Made by a program: the position numbers and the translations under genes. Of a stretch of 64,000 nt of DNA, positions 1 to 10,715 are shown piece after piece. Origin of the DNA: a phage; the sequence record PV806337.1. One strand, given 5' to 3'. The notes below the pieces were generated by a model that saw only the letters and a list, made by a program, of their open reading frames with translations, was not told the origin of the DNA and did not search any database. The stretch's first letter is position 1; each line of letters opens with the position of its first letter.

Positions 1-483
1 ATGGCAAATGATGTATTAGTACCAGATCTTATGTCCCCTGAAGGGATGGATGTGATTGAAGCTTATTTACAGTGTGGCAGCGATGCGCCTGCCGCAGCAC
101 GTAGTCTTGGAATGTCTGAAATTGCTTTCCGAGATATTATGAATCGTAGTGAAGTTAAGAACTACTTAAATGATATTTTTATGGAGAGTGGATTCCGTAA
201 TAGGGATCGTTTGTTTGGTGTTCTAGATGAAGTTATTAAACGTAAACTAGAGGAGCTAGAAGAAACCGGCATGGGTTCTGACCAAGATATTATGGATATT
301 CTATGGAAAGCTCACAAAATGAAGATGGAAGAAATGAAAATGATGGTGGAGTTAGAGAAAGCTAAAGCCGCCGCTCGAGCTCCTGCTAATCAGACCAATA
401 TTCAGAATAACATTATTGCTGGAGCTGGGGACCAAAACTACATGGACTTAATTACTTCCCTAGCTACTGGAGGTAAGAAGTAA
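1..483 (+). CDS. terminase small subunit (5' end may lie outside window)
   Basis: 160-aa ORF whose stop overlaps the terL start (TAATG at 481-485); position directly upstream of large terminase; charged helical composition. Confidence 0.6.
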   Translation: MANDVLVPDLMSPEGMDVIEAYLQCGSDAPAAARSLGMSEIAFRDIMNRSEVKNYLNDIFMESGFRNRDRLFGVLDEVIKRKLEELEETGMGSDQDIMDILWKAHKMKMEEMKMMVELEKAKAAARAPANQTNIQNNIIAGAGDQNYMDLITSLATGGKK

Positions 484-1799
484 TGGAAGTGTCAAGACCC
501 TATGTTAACACAGTAGATGTTATTGATTTCGGTATAGATAAACGTTTCTTTCGTCTACCTGTTTCTGGAATACTGGCGCAAGAAGGTATTACACCTAATG
601 GTCCTCAAATAGCAATTATCAATGCGCTAGAAGATCCTAGACATCGTTTTGTAACGGCATGTGTATCGCGCCGTGTAGGTAAATCCTTCATCGCATACAC
701 ACTTGGGTTCCTAAAATTGCTGGAACCTAATGTGAAAGTGTTAGTAGTTGCTCCTAACTACTCACTGGCCAACATCGGATGGTCTCAGATTCGTGGCCTT
801 ATTAAAAAGTACGGCCTACAGACCGAACGTGAGAACGCTAAAGATAAAGAGATTGAGTTAGCTAATGGTTCTCTATTTAAACTAGCTTCCGCGGCTCAGG
901 CTGACTCCGCAGTTGGACGTTCATATGATTTTATCATCTTTGATGAGGCGGCAATTTCCGATGTGGGTGGTGATGCCTTCAGGGTTCAGCTGCGTCCTAC
1001 CCTAGATAAACCTAATTCTAAGGCTCTATTTATTTCCACCCCTCGTGGAGGTAACTGGTTTAAAGAGTTTTACGCCTACGGATTTGATGATACGTTGCCT
1101 AACTGGGTATCTATTCATGGTACATATCGTGATAACCCACGTGCCGACTTGAATGATATTGAGGAAGCACGTCGTACAGTTAGTAAAAACTACTTCCGCC
1201 AAGAATACGAGGCTGACTTCTCTGTATTCGAAGGACAGATATTTGATACCTTTAATGCTATCGATCATGTTAAAGATCTCAAAGGTATGCGTCACTTCTT
1301 TAAAGATGATGAAGCATTCGAAACGTTGCTTGGTATTGACGTTGGTTATCGTGACCCTACAGCAGTTCTTACTATTAAATATCACTACGATACGGATACT
1401 TACTATGTGTTAGAAGAGTACCAGCAGGCGGAAAAAACTACAGCCCAGCATGCTGCTTATATTCAGCATTGTATAGATCGTTATAAAGTTGATCGTATTT
1501 TTGTTGACTCTGCCGCCGCTCAGTTCCGCCAGGACTTAGCTTATGAGCATGAAATTGCATCGGCTCCAGCTAAAAAATCTGTCCTAGATGGCCTAGCATG
1601 TCTGCAGGCATTATTCCAACAGGGTAAAATTATTGTAGATGCCTCATGTTCCTCCTTAATTCATGCATTGCAGAACTATAAGTGGGACTTCCAAGAAGGT
1701 GAAGAGAAATTATCACGTGAAAAACCACGTCATGATGCTAACTCTCACCTTTGTGATGCGCTCCGCTATGGAATTTACTCTATTTCCCGTGGTAAATAA
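483..1799 (+). CDS. terL: terminase large subunit
   Basis: 438 aa; P-loop-like RRVGKSF, Walker B-like FIIFDEAA, C-terminal acidic nuclease region; GGAGG RBS upstream; length matches T5 TerL from memory. Confidence 0.9.
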   Translation: MEVSRPYVNTVDVIDFGIDKRFFRLPVSGILAQEGITPNGPQIAIINALEDPRHRFVTACVSRRVGKSFIAYTLGFLKLLEPNVKVLVVAPNYSLANIGWSQIRGLIKKYGLQTERENAKDKEIELANGSLFKLASAAQADSAVGRSYDFIIFDEAAISDVGGDAFRVQLRPTLDKPNSKALFISTPRGGNWFKEFYAYGFDDTLPNWVSIHGTYRDNPRADLNDIEEARRTVSKNYFRQEYEADFSVFEGQIFDTFNAIDHVKDLKGMRHFFKDDEAFETLLGIDVGYRDPTAVLTIKYHYDTDTYYVLEEYQQAEKTTAQHAAYIQHCIDRYKVDRIFVDSAAAQFRQDLAYEHEIASAPAKKSVLDGLACLQALFQQGKIIVDASCSSLIHALQNYKWDFQEGEEKLSREKPRHDANSHLCDALRYGIYSISRGK

Positions 1800-1913
1800 A
1801 TAAGTATAGGATGGGATACTACTCAGTTGGTATCCCATTCCTGTATTTTAAAATCCCCTTTACAAATTCGATACGATTATGTATACTATATTCATACAGT
1901 TGAGGAGAACACT

Positions 1914-2351
1914 ATGGCAAGCAATATAAAATATAAACGCGATGCTATATCCCTTATGAGAGACGGAATAAAAAGTCAATATAAAAAAGACTCTCAATGC
2001 GCTATCTGCGGTTGTGCTGAAGAATTAGAGCTTCATCATTACCATACGGTGTCTCTACTAGTTAAAAAATTTGCTAAAGAACTCCAATTGGATTTCACTG
2101 ACGAAGAAACAGTCCTTTCAAATAGGACGGCATTCTATGATCGATATAGGCATGAGCTAGTAGAAGACACTGTTACCCTTTGTGTACACCATCACCAACT
2201 ATTACATAAGGTTTACACAAAAGAACCTCCTTTATTTTCTGCTAATAAGCAAAAAGTATGGGTTCAAAAGCAGAAAGACAAATTACAGAATCCTCAAGAA
2301 AAGACACAAGTCAAGACTGAAATAAAATCAGGATTCGCAAGGTTCTTATAA
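1914..2351 (+). CDS. HNH endonuclease
   Basis: CAICGC...LELHHYH...LCVHHHQLLH zinc/HNH motif; GAGGAG RBS 6 nt before ATG at 1914; the ORF-track start at 1827 is a likely N-terminal over-extension. Confidence 0.7.
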   Translation: MASNIKYKRDAISLMRDGIKSQYKKDSQCAICGCAEELELHHYHTVSLLVKKFAKELQLDFTDEETVLSNRTAFYDRYRHELVEDTVTLCVHHHQLLHKVYTKEPPLFSANKQKVWVQKQKDKLQNPQEKTQVKTEIKSGFARFL

Positions 2352-3568
2352 TGGGTTTAAAAAGCTGGATTACTGAAAAGTTAAATCCGGGTCAACGTAT
2401 TATAAGAGACATGGAACCAGTTAGTCATCGCACTAACCGTAAGCCTTTTACCACTGGACAAGCCTATAGCAAGATTGAGATCCTCAATCGAACTGCCAAT
2501 ATGGTTATAGATAGTGCGGCGGAGTGTTCTTATACTGTCGGAGATAAATATAATATTGTTACGTACGCTAATGGCGTCAAAACAAAGACTCTAGACACTC
2601 TCTTAAATGTACGACCTAATCCATTCATGGATATAAGCACATTCCGTAGACTTGTAGTCACTGACCTACTTTTTGAAGGTTGTGCATACATCTATTGGGA
2701 TGGCACATCGCTTTACCATGTCCCGGCTGCTCTTATGCAGGTCGAGGCAGATGCCAATAAGTTTATCAAAAAATTTATATTTAATAACCAGATAGACTAT
2801 CGCGTAGATGAGATTATCTTTATAAAGGATAACAGTTACGTGTGTGGCACAAATTCTCAAATTTCTGGACAATCTCGTGTTGCTACTGTTATTGACTCTC
2901 TTGAGAAGCGTTCTAAAATGCTTAACTTTAAAGAGAAATTCCTCGATAACGGTACCGTGATTGGTCTTATTCTTGAGACGGATGAAATCCTGAACAAGAA
3001 ATTGCGTGAGCGTAAACAAGAAGAATTACAACTCGATTATAATCCTAGTACGGGTCAGTCTTCTGTCCTGATTCTAGATGGTGGTATGAAAGCTAAACCG
3101 TACTCCCAAATATCCTCTTTTAAAGATCTAGACTTTAAGGAAGACATCGAAGGATTTAATAAATCTATTTGTCTAGCCTTTGGAGTTCCGCAAGTACTGC
3201 TTGATGGTGGTAATAATGCGAATATTCGACCAAACATCGAATTGTTCTATTATATGACTATCATTCCTATGCTGAACAAACTGACTAGTTCTCTTACTTT
3301 CTTTTTTGGTTATAAGATTACTCCTAATACTAAGGAAGTAGCTGCATTAACACCAGATAAAGAAGCTGAGGCTAAACATTTAACCTCATTGGTTAATAAT
3401 GGTATTATGACTGGTAACGAAGCTCGTTTAGAGCTGAACCTTGAACCTTTAGATGATGAGCAGATGGATAAGATTCGTATTCCTGCTAACGTTGCTGGTT
3501 CTGCAACAGGTGTATCTGGTCAAGAAGGTGGTAGACCTCAAGGTTCCACCGAGGGAGATAAAGAATGA
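2351..3568 (+). CDS. portal protein
   Basis: 405 aa directly downstream of terminase; start overlaps upstream stop (TAATG); size and position match T5 pb7. Confidence 0.8.
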   Translation: MGLKSWITEKLNPGQRIIRDMEPVSHRTNRKPFTTGQAYSKIEILNRTANMVIDSAAECSYTVGDKYNIVTYANGVKTKTLDTLLNVRPNPFMDISTFRRLVVTDLLFEGCAYIYWDGTSLYHVPAALMQVEADANKFIKKFIFNNQIDYRVDEIIFIKDNSYVCGTNSQISGQSRVATVIDSLEKRSKMLNFKEKFLDNGTVIGLILETDEILNKKLRERKQEELQLDYNPSTGQSSVLILDGGMKAKPYSQISSFKDLDFKEDIEGFNKSICLAFGVPQVLLDGGNNANIRPNIELFYYMTIIPMLNKLTSSLTFFFGYKITPNTKEVAALTPDKEAEAKHLTSLVNNGIMTGNEARLELNLEPLDDEQMDKIRIPANVAGSATGVSGQEGGRPQGSTEGDKE

Positions 3569-4059
3569 TTGATTATAATGGTCTAAAGACCATTTTTGGT
3601 GAAAAACTGCCAGAATCTCATATCTTCTTTGCTACGGTTGCTGCGCATAAATATGTTCCTAGCTATGCTTTTCTGCGTAGAGAACTAGGGCTTTCATCTG
3701 CGCATACTAACCGTAAAGTATGGAAGAAATTTGTAGAGGCTTATGGTAAAGCAGTTCCTCCTGCTCCACCGGCTCCACCATTAACTCTTTCTAAAGATTT
3801 AACTGCGAGCATGTCAGTTGAAGAGGGAGCAGCATTAACACTTTCTGTTACTGCAGCTGGTGGTACTAGTCCATATACTTATGCATGGACTAAAGATGGT
3901 TCTCCTATTCCGGATGCTTCAGGAGCTACCTATACTAAGCCTACAGCAGCAGCTGAGGATGCCGGCTCTTATAAAGTAACTGTAACAGATAGTAAGCAAG
4001 TAAGTAAGGATTCTACTGCATGTGCTGTGACAGTTAATCCTACTGTTCCTGGAGGCTAA
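3565..4059 (+). CDS. capsid decoration protein with C-terminal Ig-like domain (pb10-like)
   Basis: 164 aa; PPAPPAPP linker followed by a beta-rich Ig-like segment; position between portal and protease. Confidence 0.7.
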   Translation: MIDYNGLKTIFGEKLPESHIFFATVAAHKYVPSYAFLRRELGLSSAHTNRKVWKKFVEAYGKAVPPAPPAPPLTLSKDLTASMSVEEGAALTLSVTAAGGTSPYTYAWTKDGSPIPDASGATYTKPTAAAEDAGSYKVTVTDSKQVSKDSTACAVTVNPTVPGG

Positions 4060-4062
4060 TAA

Positions 4063-4695
4063 ATGACACAAGCTGCTATTGACTATAACAAGTTAAAATC
4101 AGCACCCGTTCATTTAGATGCTTATATTAAATCTATTGATAGCGAATCCAAAGAGGGCGTTGTAAAAATCCGTGGATTCGCTAATACAATTAGTAAAGAT
4201 CGCGCTGGTGATGTAATTCCGGCTTCTGCGTGGAAAACATCTAATGCACTTACTAACTATATGAAAAATCCGATTATTCTTTTCGGACACGATCATCGTC
4301 GTCCAATCGGTAAGTGTATTGATCTTAACCCTACTGAAATGGGTCTCGAAATTGAATGTGAGATCTATGAAAGTTCTGACCCAGCTATCTTTTCACTAAT
4401 TAAAAACGGTGTACTGAAAACTTTTAGTATCGGATTCCGCTGCCTAGATGCAGAGTGGGATGAAGCTACTGATATATTTATTATTAAAGATTTAGAACTA
4501 TACGAAGTTTCGGTAGTTTCTGTACCTTGTAATCAGGACTCAACATTCAATCTCGCTAAGAGCATGAATGGTCATGATTATACTGAATGGCGTAAATCTT
4601 TTACTGCAATAAGTTCTAAAGCTGTCCCAGCTCAAGAACGTAATCTTTCTGAACTAGAAAAACTTGCGATAGCTTTAGGCTACGTTAAAGAATAA
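4063..4695 (+). CDS. prohead maturation protease
   Basis: 210 aa; conserved GHDHRRPIGK segment; position immediately upstream of major capsid gene. Confidence 0.75.
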   Translation: MTQAAIDYNKLKSAPVHLDAYIKSIDSESKEGVVKIRGFANTISKDRAGDVIPASAWKTSNALTNYMKNPIILFGHDHRRPIGKCIDLNPTEMGLEIECEIYESSDPAIFSLIKNGVLKTFSIGFRCLDAEWDEATDIFIIKDLELYEVSVVSVPCNQDSTFNLAKSMNGHDYTEWRKSFTAISSKAVPAQERNLSELEKLAIALGYVKE

Positions 4696-4712
4696 CGGAG
4701 AATTATTTAAAA

Positions 4713-6089
4713 ATGACTATTGATATTAATAAGCTGAAAGAAGAACTTGGTCTGGGTGATCTGGCTAAATCTCTGGAAGGTCTGACCGCTGCTCAGAAAG
4801 CTCAGGAAGCTGAACGTATGCGTAAAGAGCAGGAAGAAAAAGAACTGGCTCGTATGAATGACCTGGTTTCTAAAGCTGTTGGTGAAGACCGTAAGCGTCT
4901 GGAAGAGGCTCTGGATCTGGTTAAGTCTCTGGATGAGAAATCTAAGAAGAGCGCAGAACTGTTTGCACAAACTGTAGAAAAACAACAGGAAACTATTGTT
5001 GGTCTTCAGGACGAAATTAAATCTCTGCTAACAGCTCGTGAAGGTCGTTCCTTTGTTGGTGATAGTGTTGCTAAAGCACTGTACGGTACTCAGGAAAACT
5101 TTGAAGACGAAGTAGAAAAACTGGTTCTGTTGTCTTACGTAATGGAGAAAGGTGTATTCGAAACCGAACACGGTCAAAAACACCTGAAAGCAGTGAATCA
5201 GTCTTCTTCTGTAGAAGTTTCTAGTGAAAGCTATGAAACTATTTTCTCTCAGCGTATTATCCGTGACCTGCAGAAAGAGCTGGTAGTTGGCGCACTGTTC
5301 GAAGAACTGCCGATGTCCAGTAAGATTCTTACTATGCTGGTTGAACCGGATGCTGGTAAAGCTACTTGGGTTGCTGCTTCTACTTATGGTACCGATACAA
5401 CTACTGGTGAGGAAGTTAAAGGCGCTCTTAAAGAGATCCACTTCAGTACTTACAAACTGGCTGCTAAGTCCTTCATTACTGATGAAACTGAAGAAGATGC
5501 AATCTTCTCCCTGCTGCCACTACTGCGTAAACGTCTGATTGAAGCACACGCTGTTTCTATCGAAGAAGCCTTCATGACTGGTGATGGTTCCGGTAAGCCG
5601 AAAGGTCTGCTGACTCTTGCTAGTGAAGATAGTGCTAAAGTTATTACTGAAGCTAAAGCTGATGGTTCCGTACTGGTAACTGCTAAAACTATCTCTAAAC
5701 TGCGTCGTAAACTGGGCCGTCATGGTCTGAAACTGAGCAAACTGGTACTGATCGTATCTATGGATGCTTACTACGATCTGCTGGAAGATGAAGAATGGCA
5801 GGATGTTGCACAGGTTGGTAACGATGCTGTTAAACTGCAGGGTCAGGTTGGTCGTATTTATGGTCTGCCGGTTGTAGTTTCTGAATACTTCCCAGCTAAA
5901 GCTACTTCCGCAGAGTTCGCAGTTATTGTTTATAAAGATAACTTCGTAATGCCACGCCAGCGTGCTGTTACTGTTGAACGTGAGCGCCAAGCTGGTAAAC
6001 AGCGTGACGCATACTACGTTACTCAGCGTGTTAACCTGCAACGTTACTTTGCAAATGGCGTTGTATCTGGTGCTTACGCTGCATCTTAA
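4713..6089 (+). CDS. major capsid protein with N-terminal scaffolding-like domain
   Basis: 458 aa; N-terminal charged coiled-coil region then capsid-fold body; strongly biased high-expression codons (ctg, cgt, ggt); followed by strong terminator. Confidence 0.85.
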   Translation: MTIDINKLKEELGLGDLAKSLEGLTAAQKAQEAERMRKEQEEKELARMNDLVSKAVGEDRKRLEEALDLVKSLDEKSKKSAELFAQTVEKQQETIVGLQDEIKSLLTAREGRSFVGDSVAKALYGTQENFEDEVEKLVLLSYVMEKGVFETEHGQKHLKAVNQSSSVEVSSESYETIFSQRIIRDLQKELVVGALFEELPMSSKILTMLVEPDAGKATWVAASTYGTDTTTGEEVKGALKEIHFSTYKLAAKSFITDETEEDAIFSLLPLLRKRLIEAHAVSIEEAFMTGDGSGKPKGLLTLASEDSAKVITEAKADGSVLVTAKTISKLRRKLGRHGLKLSKLVLIVSMDAYYDLLEDEEWQDVAQVGNDAVKLQGQVGRIYGLPVVVSEYFPAKATSAEFAVIVYKDNFVMPRQRAVTVERERQAGKQRDAYYVTQRVNLQRYFANGVVSGAYAAS

Positions 6090-6110
6090 TACAGGCTTTT
6101 CAGCCGATAA

Positions 6111-6137
6111 GGAGAGCTTCGGCTCTCCTTTTTTATT
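6111..6137 (+). terminator. rho-independent terminator after major capsid gene
   Basis: GGAGAGC-TTCG-GCTCTCC hairpin followed by TTTTTTATT. Confidence 0.8.
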
Positions 6138-6148
6138 GGGAAAAATAA

Positions 6149-6661
6149 ATGCAAATAATCACAGCTGAAGACTATAGATTATATGGCGGGTTAAAACGAC
6201 CTGAATTAGAATCTGGAGTAGAGATGATGATTACTGCTGCCAATGCGCTGATTACTAGCCTTTTAGGTATGGATGATGCTGATGCGGTAGACCAGTTAAT
6301 CAATACAAAACCTACTCGTAAAAAATACTTCTTAAGTTCCCCCTCGGCTACTTCAGTAACCAAAATGACTATTAATGATAAGGAGATAGATCCCGAACAG
6401 TATAAGTTATACTCTGATGGGGTTATACTTCTTAAATTTAGTCCTCCAGAAGGTTATATGGATGTAGAGTACACACAAGGTGGATTTAACCCAATTCCTG
6501 AAGATCTCAAACTTGCAGCATGTATGCTAGTAGATCATTGGCATAAACAGGATTACCGTCAAGCTAAAACAATTGGCGGAGAAACAGTTACTTTTAATAA
6601 TACTAAGTCTGGTATTCCAGAACATATTCGTACTATTATTGAAGTTTACAGGAGAGTATAA
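6149..6661 (+). CDS. head completion / head-tail adaptor protein
   Basis: 170-aa ORF at the head-tail joining position after capsid gene; product assigned by synteny only. Confidence 0.55.
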   Translation: MQIITAEDYRLYGGLKRPELESGVEMMITAANALITSLLGMDDADAVDQLINTKPTRKKYFLSSPSATSVTKMTINDKEIDPEQYKLYSDGVILLKFSPPEGYMDVEYTQGGFNPIPEDLKLAACMLVDHWHKQDYRQAKTIGGETVTFNNTKSGIPEHIRTIIEVYRRV

Positions 6662-7428
6662 TGTCTCTTTCTGATTTAGCTACACAAATTATTAAGGAGC
6701 AGCTAGATAATGTTGGGCGTTCCGAGAACAATAAGAATACTGTTGTATATTCTGTTGAAACAGGACTAAAAGATCCTACTAGGGATGGTACTGTTGCTCA
6801 GGTATCTTTTAAGTTCTCAAAACCTGTATCCCAAGATCTCCTTAATGTTAGGACCGCTTCTATTCTAAAAGCAGTTTCTTCTAGCTTAGATCTAACAGGA
6901 GACTTAGGGGCTTTAGAAAGTCTTATTCAAGCAACCGCCGGTAAAAAATCCTCTGTAGGTAAAAAACGTTCTACTGGTAGAGTTCAAGTAAACTTTGGGG
7001 ATCCTAGAGACGTAGAAGATGGATATTCTGGTGCAGTAACAGGTGCTTCTGGTCGTTTTGTATCAAATAGTAATATGAAGGTTATTCTGGAGTTGGTTGC
7101 TAAAGAATACTTAATAAAGGATATGAAAAAAGCAGGAGCTCCCCTTAAATTTAGAACAGGTCGTTTTGCAAATTCTCTAAAAGTTAAAGATGTTATGCTT
7201 AGAGATGCTGGAACTAGCAAAGGTGCTCCTGAATTAAATGTTACATATAATTATATGGTACGTCCATATTCAGTATTTAATCCTGCAGTATCTACATATC
7301 GAAGATTGTCATTACGACCCTACCCAGGTGCTAGAAACCCCCAAAGACTAATTGGAGAGGCGATAGCTAAAGCTGCAAGAGACTTAATTCACTCCAGGTA
7401 CAAAATTAAGGTTAATCAAGGAACCTAA
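6661..7428 (+). CDS. neck / tail completion protein
   Basis: 255-aa ORF with AGGAGAG RBS; assigned by synteny. Confidence 0.5.
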   Translation: MSLSDLATQIIKEQLDNVGRSENNKNTVVYSVETGLKDPTRDGTVAQVSFKFSKPVSQDLLNVRTASILKAVSSSLDLTGDLGALESLIQATAGKKSSVGKKRSTGRVQVNFGDPRDVEDGYSGAVTGASGRFVSNSNMKVILELVAKEYLIKDMKKAGAPLKFRTGRFANSLKVKDVMLRDAGTSKGAPELNVTYNYMVRPYSVFNPAVSTYRRLSLRPYPGARNPQRLIGEAIAKAARDLIHSRYKIKVNQGT

Positions 7429-7431
7429 TAA

Positions 7432-7917
7432 ATGGATCACAGAACAAGTATAGCACAAGCTCTGGTTGACCGAATAGCCAAACAAATGGATGGCTCTCAA
7501 CCAGATGAATATTTTAATAACTTGTATGGAAACGTCTCACGTCAAACTTATAAGTTTGAGGAAATACGAGAGTTTCCTTATGTTGCAGTTCATATCGGAA
7601 CTGAAACTGGGCAGTATCTTCCCTCAGGTCAACAGTGGATGTTTTTAGAACTTCCTATCCTGGTGTATGATAAAGAGAAAACAGACATTCAAGAGCAACT
7701 TGAAAAACTCGTAGCGGATATAAAAACCGTTATTGACACAGGTGGAAATTTAGAATATACTGTTAGTAAACCTAATGGATCGACCTTCCCATGTGAGGCG
7801 ACTGATATGAGCATTACATCAGTTAGTACAGATGAGGGTCTACTGGCCCCATATGGTTTAGCAGAAATAAATGTAACAGTGAGGTATCAGCCTCCACGTA
7901 GGTCACTTCGCAGATAA
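7432..7917 (+). CDS. tail terminator protein
   Basis: 161-aa ORF directly upstream of tail tube gene; assigned by synteny. Confidence 0.5.
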   Translation: MDHRTSIAQALVDRIAKQMDGSQPDEYFNNLYGNVSRQTYKFEEIREFPYVAVHIGTETGQYLPSGQQWMFLELPILVYDKEKTDIQEQLEKLVADIKTVIDTGGNLEYTVSKPNGSTFPCEATDMSITSVSTDEGLLAPYGLAEINVTVRYQPPRRSLRR

Positions 7918-7943
7918 GTTACAGATTAGGAGAAAATAATTAA

Positions 7944-9350
7944 ATGTCTTTACAACTATTACGTAATACTCGAATCTTCGTGTCTACGGTTAAGACTGGT
8001 CACGATAAGACCAACACGCAAGAGATTCTAGTTCAGGATGATATTTCTTGGGGTCAGGACAGTAACTCAACAGATATTACTGTTAACGAAGCTGGTCCGC
8101 GTCCTACTCGTGGTTCTAAACGTTTTAACGATTCCTTGAATGCGGCTGAGTGGAGTTTTTCTACTTATATTCTGCCATACAAGGATAAAACCTCTAATAA
8201 ACAGATTGTTCCCGACTACATGTTATGGCATGCTCTTTCTAGTGGTAAAGCGTTAAACCTTGAGGGAGACACAGGTGCGCATAATAATGAAGCTAACTTC
8301 ATGGTTAACTTTAAAGATAACTCTTATCATGAGTTGGCTATGCTGCACATCTACATTCTTACTGACAAAGCATGGAGCTATATTGACTCTTGCCAGATCA
8401 ACCAGGCAGAAGTTAACGTTGATATTGAGGATATTGGTCGTGTAACTTGGTCTGGTAATGGTAATCAGCTCATCCCGTTAGATAGCCAACCATTTGATCC
8501 AGATGCACTAGGTATTGATGATGAAACCTATATGACTATTCAGAGTTCTTACATTAAGAACAAGTTAACTATCCTAAAAATTAAGGATATGGATTCTGAT
8601 AAGGCATATGATATTCCTATTACTGGTGGTACTTTTACCATTAATAACAACATCACGTACCTAACCCCGAATATTATGTCACGTGTAAATATTCCAATCG
8701 GCTCATTTACAGGTGCGTTTGAGTTAACGGGTTCTTTGACAGCATACCTTAATGATAAGTCTCTTGGTTCTATGGAACTGTACAAAGATCTTATCAAAAC
8801 CCTTAAGGTAGTTAACCGTTTTGAAATTGCACTTATTTTGGGTGGTGAATACGATGATGAGCGACCGGCAGCTGTGCTAGTTGCTAAACAGGCGCACGTT
8901 AATATCCCTACTATTGAGACTGATGATGTACTTGGTACTTCAGTAGAGTTTAAAGCTATTCCTACTGATTTGGATACTGGTGACGAAGGATACTTAGGCT
9001 TCTCTAACAAGTATACCAAAACTACAATAGCGAATCTAATTGCTACCGGAGATGGTGCTAAAACTCCTCCAGTTCCCGTTAAATCCATTACAGTTAAGTC
9101 GGCAGGTGAGGCTGTTTCTGTAACAAATAGTAATACTTTACAGATGTCTGTTGAGGTAACACCTCCAGAAGCTACTAATAAGGCTGTAACTTGGTCTATT
9201 TCTAGTGGTAACGCAGCTACGATTGATGCAGAATCTGGGTTATTAACAGCTGATGCCTCTAAAACTGGTGCAGTTACTGTGAAGGCTGTAGCTAAAGACG
9301 GTTCTGGTGTAGAAGGTACTAAAACTATCACAGTTAGTGCTGGTGGTTAA
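7944..9350 (+). CDS. tail tube protein with C-terminal Ig-like (Big_2-like) domain (pb6-like)
   Basis: 468 aa; AGGAGA RBS; C-terminal ~85 aa (SITVKSAGEAVSVTNSNTLQMSVEVTPPEATNKAVTWSISSG...) resembles bacterial Ig-like domain. Confidence 0.75.
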   Translation: MSLQLLRNTRIFVSTVKTGHDKTNTQEILVQDDISWGQDSNSTDITVNEAGPRPTRGSKRFNDSLNAAEWSFSTYILPYKDKTSNKQIVPDYMLWHALSSGKALNLEGDTGAHNNEANFMVNFKDNSYHELAMLHIYILTDKAWSYIDSCQINQAEVNVDIEDIGRVTWSGNGNQLIPLDSQPFDPDALGIDDETYMTIQSSYIKNKLTILKIKDMDSDKAYDIPITGGTFTINNNITYLTPNIMSRVNIPIGSFTGAFELTGSLTAYLNDKSLGSMELYKDLIKTLKVVNRFEIALILGGEYDDERPAAVLVAKQAHVNIPTIETDDVLGTSVEFKAIPTDLDTGDEGYLGFSNKYTKTTIANLIATGDGAKTPPVPVKSITVKSAGEAVSVTNSNTLQMSVEVTPPEATNKAVTWSISSGNAATIDAESGLLTADASKTGAVTVKAVAKDGSGVEGTKTITVSAGG

Positions 9351-9354
9351 ATAA

Positions 9355-10257
9355 ATGTACTACTCTCTAATGCGAGAGTCAAAAGTTATAGTTGAGTATG
9401 ATGGTAGGGCATTTCATTTTGATGCCCTATCAAACTATGATATACAGACTTCCTACGAGGAATTCAAGACTCTTCGTAGGACTGTTCATCATAGAACTAA
9501 CTATGCAGACTCTATTATAAATGCTCAAACCCCCTCTTCTATCTCTCTAGCAGTAAATTTCAGTAATACTCTTACAGAGGCTAACTTCTTTGAATGGTTA
9601 GGTTTTGATAGAAAAGGTAATACTTTCTTACTCCCACTATATAGTAGTAATATTGAACCTATTATGTTCAATATCTATATAGTAAATAAAGATAATAACT
9701 GTGTATATTTTGAAAACTGTTATGTATCTACGGTAGATTTTTCTTTAGATAAGAACATACCAATTCTTAATGTTGGTATTGAGTCTGGGAAATTCTCAGA
9801 AGTATCTACCTATAGAGAAGCAGCTTCTATTATACAGGGTGAAGTAATGTCTTACAGCCCAGTAATAGCTTCTACTAATGGCAGCATCTTACCCGGTCTT
9901 ATTTCTGCCTCTTTATCTTTCCAACAGCAGTGCTCCTGGAGAGAGGATAAGAGTGTTTTTGATATAAATAAAATTTATAATAATAAAAGAGCTTATGTAA
10001 ATGAAATGAATGCTTCGGCAACCATTTCTCTATATTACTTAAAACGTTTTGCAGGAGATATGGTTTACAATATCGAACCGGAGACAGATGTACCTTTAAA
10101 TATAAGAAATAATAATATTTCTATAGATTTTCCTTCAGCACGTATTACAAAACGCCTAGATTTCTCAGATGTGTATAGAGTTGAGTGGGATATTATACCT
10201 ACTGCTTCTTCAGACCCAGTGAGAATAGATTTCTTTGGAGAAATTAAAAATGATTAA
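9355..10257 (+). CDS. tail protein (p140-like)
   Basis: 300-aa Asn/Ser-rich ORF between tail tube and tape-measure genes. Confidence 0.5.
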   Translation: MYYSLMRESKVIVEYDGRAFHFDALSNYDIQTSYEEFKTLRRTVHHRTNYADSIINAQTPSSISLAVNFSNTLTEANFFEWLGFDRKGNTFLLPLYSSNIEPIMFNIYIVNKDNNCVYFENCYVSTVDFSLDKNIPILNVGIESGKFSEVSTYREAASIIQGEVMSYSPVIASTNGSILPGLISASLSFQQQCSWREDKSVFDINKIYNNKRAYVNEMNASATISLYYLKRFAGDMVYNIEPETDVPLNIRNNNISIDFPSARITKRLDFSDVYRVEWDIIPTASSDPVRIDFFGEIKND

Positions 10258-10654
10258 TTTAAAAGATATTACTCTTGATACTCGTACTATTACTCTTTCC
10301 TACCCAGGTATGCCGAACTTTAAATTAGAACTTAACTATATGTCTCGTGCTACCTCTAAACGTGTTATTTCTTCTGCTAAACGCGATGAATGGGTTAATG
10401 GTACTTTGATTCAGGTACAGGATGATGATAAGTTCATTGAAGCCTTCGTTGACGCAGCTATTAAAGGTTGGACCGGTTTGACTGTAGGTGACGTTGAAAA
10501 ACTGATGCTGATTGAAACAGATGCTGATCCTGCTACTGAAGTTCCTTTTAGCCGCGATAATGCTGTAATGCTCATGCAGAACTCTGCTGCGTTTGATTCT
10601 TGGATCAACCAGACAGTGTTCCACTTAGACACTTTTCGTAGCCCAAAAGCGTAA
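10250..10654 (+). CDS. putative tail assembly chaperone
   Basis: 134 aa from ATG 10250 with GGAG RBS; classical chaperone position upstream of tape measure; ORF-track start 10235 is a TTG. Confidence 0.45.
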   Translation: MINLKDITLDTRTITLSYPGMPNFKLELNYMSRATSKRVISSAKRDEWVNGTLIQVQDDDKFIEAFVDAAIKGWTGLTVGDVEKLMLIETDADPATEVPFSRDNAVMLMQNSAAFDSWINQTVFHLDTFRSPKA

Positions 10655-10715
10655 AGAACTCCTAGATGCTGTTGCTGATTTTGCAGATAAATGTATTAAA
10701 AGCTCAGCATCTAAA

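Noticed and set aside
1809-1850. Hairpin after terL as a strong terminator
   Set aside because: Stem GGGATAC/GTATCCC exists but has a 10-nt loop and only a weak T-run; kept as a possible attenuator. A weak promoter-like TTTACA-17-TATACT (1859-1887) follows, but the call is low-confidence.
8549-9331. 260-aa - strand ORF
   Set aside because: Lies entirely within the tail tube gene on the opposite strand; composition typical of antisense reading of a biased gene.
10642-10665. -1 frameshift at CCCAAAA near the end of the first chaperone ORF
   Set aside because: The -1 frame hits a stop after 7 codons (TAG at 10663), so it cannot join the downstream ORF; only a +1/-2 shift could.
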